From Saprospiraceae bacterium (lineage in GTDB: Bacteria > Bacteroidota > Bacteroidia > Chitinophagales > Saprospiraceae), in contig JALWKB010000126.1 in the NCBI GenBank assembly GCA_026996805.1, positions 1-47,706 on the forward strand: a stretch of 47,706 nucleotides of DNA, read 5' to 3'. A program made the position numbers and the translations under genes. The notes beneath the pieces were generated by a model. That model saw nothing but the letters and a program-made list of their open reading frames with translations. It had not been told where the DNA came from and did not search any database. Positions 35,985-43,459 of this stretch are shown here, one piece after another (positions within the stretch are counted from its first letter, which is position 1; every line of letters begins with the position of its first letter).

Positions 35985-36614
35985 ATGAATGCACAAAGGC
36001 TCAATCTCCGCGGTGATTTACTCCCACCATCGTTTTATACCAGTGAAGACGTCGTCCAATTAGCCCAAGCACTCATCGGCAAGGTGATCGTGAGCCTCGT
36101 CGACGGCAAATACTGCTCCGGACGCATCGTAGAGACAGAGGCCTATCGTGCCCCCGAAGACAAAGCCTGCCACGCGTGGAACAACCGCCGCACCCATCGC
36201 ACCGCGACCATGTTTGAAGCGGGCGGCGTAGCATATATCTACCTCTGCTACGGCATCCACCACCTCTTCAATGTCGTCACAGGTCCCAAAGACAAGGCGC
36301 ACGCCGTCCTCGTCCGCGCCATCGAGCCGCTCGACAATATTCCCCTCATGCTCCAGCGGCGCAACATGCGCAGCTTGCACCCAAACTTGACCAACGGCCC
36401 CGGCAAATGGACCCAAGCCCTCGGCATCACAACAGCCCTCAACGGTATAAAATTGTACACACCTGACGCACCCATCCAACTGCGCGACGACGGTTATACA
36501 GTAGCCAAAGATGAGCTACTCACCGGGCCACGCATCGGCGTCGATTACGCCGGCGAATGGGCCAAGGTGCCCTGGAGATTTCGACTGGCTCAGAACGCCT
36601 ATATTGGACCGTAA
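35985..36614 (+). CDS. mpg: DNA-3-methyladenine glycosylase (Mpg/AAG family)
   Basis: The matching segment is LAQALIGKVIV......GRIVETEAYRAPEDKACHAWNNRRTHRTATMFEAGGVAYIYLCYGIHHLFNVVTG. Confidence 0.9.
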   Translation: MNAQRLNLRGDLLPPSFYTSEDVVQLAQALIGKVIVSLVDGKYCSGRIVETEAYRAPEDKACHAWNNRRTHRTATMFEAGGVAYIYLCYGIHHLFNVVTGPKDKAHAVLVRAIEPLDNIPLMLQRRNMRSLHPNLTNGPGKWTQALGITTALNGIKLYTPDAPIQLRDDGYTVAKDELLTGPRIGVDYAGEWAKVPWRFRLAQNAYIGP

Positions 36615-36641
36615 ATACCATCACATCAAACACCTCGTAGG

Positions 36642-38054
36642 ATGAGAATTCGATTTTGCGGTGCTGCTCAATTTGTGACGGGTTCCTGCCACCTCATCGA
36701 GCTCGACGACGGAACCAAAATCCTGCTCGATTGCGGACTCTTTCAAGGCAAGGGGCGCGACATCTGGGACTGGAACAACGAGTGGCTCTTCGACCCCTCC
36801 GAAATCGATGCCGTCATCCTAAGTCACGCCCACTTAGACCACACCGGCAGACTTCCTCAACTCGTCAAAGACGGCTTTAAAGGCCCCATCTATGCCACAC
36901 ACGCCACGCGCAGCCTCACCCACATCCTCCTCCTCGACAGCGCACACATCCAGGAAGACGACGTACGCCATTTCAACAAGCTCCACGCCGATGCCATCCA
37001 CTCCGGCAAGCGCAACAAGCGCGTGCCCCTCTACACCGCCGCCGACATAGGCCCCACCATGCAACAGTTTATCACCACAGGATACGACCAATGGTGCAAC
37101 ATCAAGCCGCACATCCGCTTTCTCTTTCGAGATGCCGGCCATCTCCTCGGCAGCGCAAGCGTCGTGGTCGAGATTCAGGAAGGCGGCAAAACCCTCCGCA
37201 TCGGATATACCGGCGACATCGGTAGGTACAATCGCCCCATCTTGCGCGACCCCCAGCCCATGCCCAAAGTGGATTACCTCATCGCCGAATCCACCTATGG
37301 CGACCGTCGCCATCCCGTCCAAATGGACCAAAAAAACCAACTGCTCGAAATCATCCACCAAACTTGTGTGCGCGATAAAGGCAAACTCCTCATTCCGGCT
37401 TTTAGCATCGGCCGCACCCAAGAAATTGTCTACTTGCTCGACCAGCTTTACAACGAAGATCGACTGCCCCGCATACCCGTATATGTCGACAGCCCACTGG
37501 CCATCAATGCCACGGCCATCTACGGCAACCATCCCGAGTGCTACGACCGCGAACTGGCCGAATACCTCCTGACCGACGACGACCCCTTCGGCTTCAATAC
37601 ACTGCGATACATACGCCGCGCCGAGGAATCCAAAAAGCTCAATAGCTACAAAGGCCCATGCGTCATCATCAGCGCAGCGGGAATGGCCCAGGCAGGCCGC
37701 ATACGCCATCACCTCTACCACCACATCGAAGATCCCACTACTACGGTGCTCATCGTAGGCTATTGCGCCCCCGGCACCCTCGGCCGCCAACTCATCGAAG
37801 GCCAACAAGTCGTCCAAATTTTCGACGCGTATAAAACCGTGCGCGCTCGCGTCAAAGTCATGGAAGCCTTCTCCGCCCACGGCGACTACCTCGACATGCT
37901 CCACTTCCTAAGACACCTGCGACAGTCCACCAAAACACTCTTTCTCGTCCACGGCGAACCCGATGCCATGCACGCCTATCGTCAAAAACTCCTCTCCTTC
38001 GGATTCGATGATGTTAAAATTCCTTTAAAAGGGCAATATTACAACATCCATTAA
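36642..38054 (+). CDS. MBL-fold metallo-hydrolase with beta-CASP and RNA-specificity domains (CPSF/RNase J-like ribonuclease)
   Basis: Diagnostic segments are GSCHLIELDDGTKILLDCG, the HxHxDH motif (LSHAHLDHTGRLP), beta-CASP (LIAESTYGDR...LIPAFSIGRTQE) and C-terminal motifs (FSAHGD, VHGEP). Confidence 0.85.
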   Translation: MRIRFCGAAQFVTGSCHLIELDDGTKILLDCGLFQGKGRDIWDWNNEWLFDPSEIDAVILSHAHLDHTGRLPQLVKDGFKGPIYATHATRSLTHILLLDSAHIQEDDVRHFNKLHADAIHSGKRNKRVPLYTAADIGPTMQQFITTGYDQWCNIKPHIRFLFRDAGHLLGSASVVVEIQEGGKTLRIGYTGDIGRYNRPILRDPQPMPKVDYLIAESTYGDRRHPVQMDQKNQLLEIIHQTCVRDKGKLLIPAFSIGRTQEIVYLLDQLYNEDRLPRIPVYVDSPLAINATAIYGNHPECYDRELAEYLLTDDDPFGFNTLRYIRRAEESKKLNSYKGPCVIISAAGMAQAGRIRHHLYHHIEDPTTTVLIVGYCAPGTLGRQLIEGQQVVQIFDAYKTVRARVKVMEAFSAHGDYLDMLHFLRHLRQSTKTLFLVHGEPDAMHAYRQKLLSFGFDDVKIPLKGQYYNIH

Positions 38055-38104
38055 TCGTTTTGCCCCTGTACACATTACGAACAAATGTGTAAAAACATTT
38101 CACC

Positions 38105-39595
38105 ATGAAAAAATGCCTCGCTCTGCTCCTCTGGATCGCACTACTAATGGGCTCGTGCATACCACCCAATGCGGTTGAAATCGAAGATACCGTCGACAGC
38201 GAATGGGCTATTCCACTGTTTCACATCTCCACAAGCCTCGACTCTCTCTTCGAGAAATATGGCACAACCCCATACGTCGACATCTATCCCGATGGCCTCA
38301 TCGCCTTCATCTATCAGGGAGATATCTTGAAAGTGCACAGCGAAGAAATCTTCAAACCCATCGGTGTGCTAACCATTCCCATTACACCTGGTCGCGATAC
38401 GTTGCCCCTGCCCATCGACGACCAGATCATCACGCGTGGACACATCAAGGGAGATACGATGATTGCACAATTAGTAGCCCATGCTACAGATACCGTGCAT
38501 TACCGCATTCGCATCCCTTCGATGTACGATGCCGACGGCAACGTATTCGTCATGGAGGGCACATGCCTGCCCCAGCAAGATGTAGTCGTCAAAAAGTCCA
38601 TGGCCGGCTACACCTTCGAATTCCTCAACGGCAACTCCTTCGAAATCGAAATGACCGCAACCACGCCCGATAACAACCCCACAATAGGCCTTGTGTATTT
38701 GAGCTTCACCGATTTGCGATTCTCCTACCTCGAGGGCTATTTCGCCAAAAACACCTTCGAACTGCCTCTCGACACCATCGACATATTGGTCTTCCAACAA
38801 CAAAAAGAGGGAAAGATATACTTCGACGACCCCCGCATACGCGTCACAGCCTTTAACTCCTTCGGCTTCCCCGCCGCCGCCGAAATCCAACAACTCTTCG
38901 TCATCGACAAAGACGGCAACAAAATACCCTTGCAAAGCCCCCTCATCAGTCAAGGGGTAGAGGTCAATTACCCCTCACTCGACGAAATAGGGCAAGTGAA
39001 GGAAACCCACTTCAACTTTTCAAAAGCCAACAGCAACATCGACGTCATCTTCAACGCCAATCCCATCCAGCTGGTCTACGACTTTCTCGGCGTCGGCAAT
39101 CCCGACACCTCCGATCGAAGCATAGGATTCGCCACCGATAGCAGCTTCATGCGCATCCAAGTGACCGTCGAATTGCCCCTCGACGGCTGGGTCGACCGAT
39201 TCGTCATGACCAGCACCTCCGATCTCGACAGCTTTAGGTTTGACATACCCACCGATAGCGCCTTGCTCAAACTCTTCGTCAACAACGGACTGCCCACAGC
39301 CCTCGATCTCCAAGTGTATTTCTACCAAAACAATACCATCATCGACTCCCTACCCACTTCCAATCCCATCACCGTAGAGAGTGCTCAAGTTGACGATCAG
39401 GGCCGCGTCATCGCACCCCGCAAGAGCGAAATACTCATCCCCATCAGCCGCAGCTGGACAGACATGCTCCCAACAGCAGACAAGGCCAGAGCCGTATTGC
39501 GCATCTCTACAGATCGCGCCCCCACCACCACCGTGCGCGTCACCAAAGACCAGTTCGTCGAAGTGTCCGCAGGTATAAAATTGATCGTCCAATAG
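38105..39595 (+). CDS. Hypothetical lipoprotein (496 aa, predicted all-beta, no recognisable family)
   Basis: The signal peptide has the lipobox LLMGSC. Codon usage is like that of neighbouring genes. I recognise no motifs. The next gene encodes a predicted outer-membrane barrel. Confidence 0.6.
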   Translation: MKKCLALLLWIALLMGSCIPPNAVEIEDTVDSEWAIPLFHISTSLDSLFEKYGTTPYVDIYPDGLIAFIYQGDILKVHSEEIFKPIGVLTIPITPGRDTLPLPIDDQIITRGHIKGDTMIAQLVAHATDTVHYRIRIPSMYDADGNVFVMEGTCLPQQDVVVKKSMAGYTFEFLNGNSFEIEMTATTPDNNPTIGLVYLSFTDLRFSYLEGYFAKNTFELPLDTIDILVFQQQKEGKIYFDDPRIRVTAFNSFGFPAAAEIQQLFVIDKDGNKIPLQSPLISQGVEVNYPSLDEIGQVKETHFNFSKANSNIDVIFNANPIQLVYDFLGVGNPDTSDRSIGFATDSSFMRIQVTVELPLDGWVDRFVMTSTSDLDSFRFDIPTDSALLKLFVNNGLPTALDLQVYFYQNNTIIDSLPTSNPITVESAQVDDQGRVIAPRKSEILIPISRSWTDMLPTADKARAVLRISTDRAPTTTVRVTKDQFVEVSAGIKLIVQ

Positions 39596-39682
39596 AATCC
39601 AAAAATCCCTCGAACCATGTCGTACACCAAATCGATAAAAAAAGTCGCAAACCTCACCAATCACCTCCATGCTCTTTGCCGT

Positions 39683-41011
39683 ATGAAATGGTGGATGATC
39701 TTGCTCTTCATGGGTTCGCTAACCGTACTGCCCGCCCAAGATCTCCAATTTTTCGCACTCCGCGATATTTGGCAACTCCAACAGCTCCAGCCCGCCTATA
39801 TGCCCAATAAGAAAATCACTGTGGGCATCGTGGGGCTCCAGTTTGAAACCAAACGCCGAGGTCTACCGTGGAGCGGTGTATTTCGCACAAGTCGTGATAC
39901 GCTCTATATCAACCCCAGTCGCGGCATTCAAAACGCTGCACTCGAAAACTATTACGCGATCAATGTCGATGTCCCGACGTTTTTCGCCGCCGTACGATTC
40001 GATCCGCTGTGGTCTTTCAGCATTTCCTATCGCTTGCGCTCTTATTACGAGGTGATCATCCCGCGCGACGTGTTTCGCCTGTTGCTCTACGGCAACGGCC
40101 AACTCATCAACGAAAAACTCTACATCGGTCTCGGCAGCCACTTCATGAACTTTAGAGAGTTGGGCCTCGGCGTCGCTCGACAGTGGAACGATTGGAAGTT
40201 TGGCGCACGAGTCTCGCTGCTCACAGGCAAGTTCCTCCTGTACACCCCCCGACGCGAGCTCTACTTTACAACCCACGACGAGTGGTACCAGTGGACCGTA
40301 GAAAGCAACTACCGCCTTATGAGCTCCAATGTCGTGCCCGAGGCCGTCAACACGACCTTACAATTCTTAACCGGAGGACTGGTACCTAGCTTCCGCAATA
40401 TCGGTGCCAGCATCTCTCTCGGCGCCACCTATCGCTGGAGAGACATCCTCGACTTGCACGCCTCCGTCACCGACATCGGCTTTATCCGTTGGGGCTCCTC
40501 CAACAGCATGCAATTGAGCATCACTGGTACTTCCACCTTTACGGGATTTCAAGATTTTATCAACCTGGACAGCTTGACCCTCAGCGATACCACGTTCACT
40601 AATCTCATCGACACCACCAAACGCTTCTTTGAAGAGCTGGATTACGCCGTCGACTACAAGTTTCGAACCTCCTTGCCCTGGTCGCTCGTATTGGGAGCAG
40701 ATTATCAGCTCAACCGCCATTTTCGCACCGGCATGGTCTACCGCTTCGCCCATGGAAAACTCCTTTCTGATCACCAACTCATAATTTACCTCTCCGCCCA
40801 TCCGTGGAAGTTTTTCCAATTGGGGACCAGCTTCAACGTCCAATCGGGAAGCCAACAACTGGGATTTTACAGCTCCCTAAAACTCGCTTTCCTGAAGGCC
40901 TACATTTCATTAAATCGCGTATACAAATTATCCGGCACATCGACCGGGTACTTTAACTTCAGTGCTGGCGTCAACCTCAGTATTGGAGCTCTGTCGCGGC
41001 GATCAAAATAA
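39683..41011 (+). CDS. Hypothetical outer-membrane beta-barrel protein (weak PorP/SprF-like N-terminal signature)
   Basis: I prefer the start at MKWWMILLFMGSLTVLPAQD (signal peptide); the track ORF begins at 39617. Alternating-hydrophobic strands run throughout (WSFSISYRLRSYY, FGARVSLLTGKFLLY, GASISLGATYRW, LVLGADYQL, TGMVYRFAHG, FNFSAGVNLSI). AQDLQF...LQPAYMP loosely resembles the QDPQFSQY...NPAYAG start of PorP/SprF proteins. Confidence 0.5.
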   Translation: MKWWMILLFMGSLTVLPAQDLQFFALRDIWQLQQLQPAYMPNKKITVGIVGLQFETKRRGLPWSGVFRTSRDTLYINPSRGIQNAALENYYAINVDVPTFFAAVRFDPLWSFSISYRLRSYYEVIIPRDVFRLLLYGNGQLINEKLYIGLGSHFMNFRELGLGVARQWNDWKFGARVSLLTGKFLLYTPRRELYFTTHDEWYQWTVESNYRLMSSNVVPEAVNTTLQFLTGGLVPSFRNIGASISLGATYRWRDILDLHASVTDIGFIRWGSSNSMQLSITGTSTFTGFQDFINLDSLTLSDTTFTNLIDTTKRFFEELDYAVDYKFRTSLPWSLVLGADYQLNRHFRTGMVYRFAHGKLLSDHQLIIYLSAHPWKFFQLGTSFNVQSGSQQLGFYSSLKLAFLKAYISLNRVYKLSGTSTGYFNFSAGVNLSIGALSRRSK

Positions 41012-41085
41012 GCCGTTGGCATCGTCGCCTCTCTTAAGTGCAGAATAGTTTCTAACTTTACGCCCTGCAAAACAGGGGAAGTTCG

Positions 41086-42615
41086 ATGTCAAAGGTCTTG
41101 CTAATCATCCTGGACGGATGGGGTATTGGGCCTGATCCGAAGCGCTCGGCAATTGCCAAGGCCAAGACCCCAGTAATGGACAATGCCCTTGCCACCTTTC
41201 CAAACTGTACCCTCATCACCCACGGCAATAGCGTGGGTCTGCCCGAAGGGCAAATGGGTAACTCAGAAGTAGGACACCTCACCATCGGTGCAGGTAGAGT
41301 AGTCTGGCAAGATCTCGAAAAAATCAACCGCAGCATTGCCAGCGGACAACTCGAGCAAAACCCCCTCATCGACAATCTCATCGATTACAGCCGACACAAC
41401 CAACACCCCATCCACCTCTTGGGTCTGGTCTCCGACGGCGGTGTGCATTCACACATCGATCACCTCTTCGCCCTCATCGACATACTCCATAAAAAAGGAG
41501 CCGGTCCTATTTACATCCACGCCTTTACCGACGGCAGAGATACCGACCCCCACAGTGCCGTCGACTACATCCAAGAGCTGCTCAATCACATCCAACCCCA
41601 CTCCAATGTCCGCCTGGCGACCATTGTGGGCAGATACTACGCCATGGATCGCGACCGCCGATGGCAACGCACCGCCGTAGCCTACAACGCCTTAGTACAC
41701 GGCAAAGGCTCCTTAGCCCACGATGCCATCGAAGCCATCCTAAATTCGTACAATCAAGGCATCACCGACGAATTCATCAAGCCCATCATCCTGAGTGATG
41801 CAGAGGGAAACCCTCTCCCCCGCATCCGCCCTGGCGACGCCGTCGTATTTTTCAACTTCCGCACCGATCGCCTCCGCCAGCTCCTACGAGCCCTCACACA
41901 AGAAGACTTCCCTCAATACCAAATGTCTAAGCTACCGCTGTACACCATCACCATGACCGAATACGATCCCCACTTTAAAGACGTCTATCCCCTATTCAAG
42001 CGTGAAATCGTACAACAGACCCTCGGCGAAATCATCGCCCAGCACAACCTAAAACAATTGCGCATTGCCGAAACCGAAAAATACCCCCACGTCACGTACT
42101 TCTTCTCGGGATGGAGAGAAGAGCCCTTCGAAAACGAAAAGCGCATACTCATTCCTTCACCAAAGGTGCCCACCTACGACCTCCAACCCGAAATGAGCGC
42201 CAACGAAGTGACCCACCGGCTCATCGAAGAAATCGAACAGTCCCAACCTCATTTTATATGCCTCAATTACGCCAACCCCGACATGGTCGGCCACACCGGT
42301 GTGTTCAAGGCAGTGGTCAAAGCCATACAGGCTGTCGACGGCGCACTCGGATTGCTCATTCCGCTGGCACGTCTCCACGGCTATTCCATACTCATCACCG
42401 CCGACCACGGCAATGCCGACTATATGATCAACGACGACGGCAGCCCCAACACCGCACACACCAAAAACCCCGTCCCCTGCATCCTCATCGATCCGAAATA
42501 CAAAAGGCCGCGTACCGATAGCGGCTACCTCTACGACATCGCCCCTACCGTGTTACAGCTACTCCAACTGCCCATACCTGAAGTCATGATGGGCAAGCCG
42601 CTCTTCATCCAATAG
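41086..42615 (+). CDS. gpmI: 2,3-bisphosphoglycerate-independent phosphoglycerate mutase
   Basis: Diagnostic segments are LLIILDGWG...NSEVGHLTIGAGRVV...LLGLVSDGGVHSH...HAFTDGRDT...ETEKYPHVTYFFSG...NYANPDMVGHTG...ITADHGNAD. Confidence 0.96.
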   Translation: MSKVLLIILDGWGIGPDPKRSAIAKAKTPVMDNALATFPNCTLITHGNSVGLPEGQMGNSEVGHLTIGAGRVVWQDLEKINRSIASGQLEQNPLIDNLIDYSRHNQHPIHLLGLVSDGGVHSHIDHLFALIDILHKKGAGPIYIHAFTDGRDTDPHSAVDYIQELLNHIQPHSNVRLATIVGRYYAMDRDRRWQRTAVAYNALVHGKGSLAHDAIEAILNSYNQGITDEFIKPIILSDAEGNPLPRIRPGDAVVFFNFRTDRLRQLLRALTQEDFPQYQMSKLPLYTITMTEYDPHFKDVYPLFKREIVQQTLGEIIAQHNLKQLRIAETEKYPHVTYFFSGWREEPFENEKRILIPSPKVPTYDLQPEMSANEVTHRLIEEIEQSQPHFICLNYANPDMVGHTGVFKAVVKAIQAVDGALGLLIPLARLHGYSILITADHGNADYMINDDGSPNTAHTKNPVPCILIDPKYKRPRTDSGYLYDIAPTVLQLLQLPIPEVMMGKPLFIQ

Positions 42616-42618
42616 GCT

Positions 42619-43323
42619 ATGATGCTCATCCCAAAGGGCGCTCTGGTCAATGCCATCACCGTCACGGTAGGGTCGAGCATAGGCCTCCTCCTACACGAAT
42701 CCATCCCCCACGACTATCAAACGAGCTTGCTCGCTACCGTGGGGCTGGCTGTACTCATCATGGGCGTCCAAATGACGATCCACAATATCGACGCCAAAGG
42801 TTGGATAATCCTCATTATGGGGCTCCTCATAGGCCTGCTCATCGGCAACGGCCTCGACGTGCGCACCCACTTCCTCCATTTGGCCGATGCCCTCAAGCAC
42901 ATCGGCATCAGCCAGGACCCTCGATTTAGTGAGGGCCTCTTAGCCGCTTTCGTCATCTTTTGCGTGGGAGCCATGACGCTGATGGGATCCCTCGAAGAAG
43001 GCCTGACGGGCAATCGCTCCTTGATCTACGCCAAAGCCACCCTCGACGGCTTTACTTCCGTAGCCTTAGCAGCCAGTTACGGCGCAGGCGTCCTCTTCGC
43101 TGCCCTACCACTATTGCTCTTCCAGTCGACGATTACCCACAGCGCATCCCTCCTGCGCCGGTTTCTCGACCAAGCTACGCTCCCGTGGATATCGGCCACC
43201 GGCGGCCTGCTCATCGCCGGCATAGGATTGGAAATGCTCCGCGCCGCCGAGCTCCCCATCGAAAACCTCTTGCCCGCCTTGATCACCGTGCCCCTCCTCG
43301 CCCGCCTGCGCAAGTTGCTGTAG
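42619..43323 (+). CDS. DUF554 (YqgA-like) family membrane protein
   Basis: The 234-aa product has about 6 TM segments. The N-terminus GALVNAITVTVGSSIGLLL and the motifs GAMTLMGSLEEGLTGN and KATLDGFTS match my recollection of DUF554. Confidence 0.7.
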   Translation: MMLIPKGALVNAITVTVGSSIGLLLHESIPHDYQTSLLATVGLAVLIMGVQMTIHNIDAKGWIILIMGLLIGLLIGNGLDVRTHFLHLADALKHIGISQDPRFSEGLLAAFVIFCVGAMTLMGSLEEGLTGNRSLIYAKATLDGFTSVALAASYGAGVLFAALPLLLFQSTITHSASLLRRFLDQATLPWISATGGLLIAGIGLEMLRAAELPIENLLPALITVPLLARLRKLL

Positions 43324-43391
43324 CTGTCACGACACTTTTGCCTTCTCTTTAATACCCCTACAGCTATTCAACCCACAGCCTCAATAAAAAG

Positions 43392-43427
43392 CTCAATAAA
43401 AAGAAAAAGGGGCACTTGCGCGCCCCT
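43392..43427 (-). terminator. Rho-independent terminator after rpsA
   Basis: The minus strand reads AGGGGC-GCGCAAGU-GCCCCU followed by UUUUUCUUUUUAUUGAG. It lies 33 nt after the rpsA stop. Confidence 0.7.
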
Positions 43428-43459
43428 ACACACTATGAATGCTTGGTCAAAAGTAGGCT

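Noticed and set aside
36834-37904. 356-aa minus-strand ORF opposite the beta-CASP ribonuclease gene
   Set aside because: It is an antisense shadow ORF with a G/A/V/D-rich composition and no start context or motifs.
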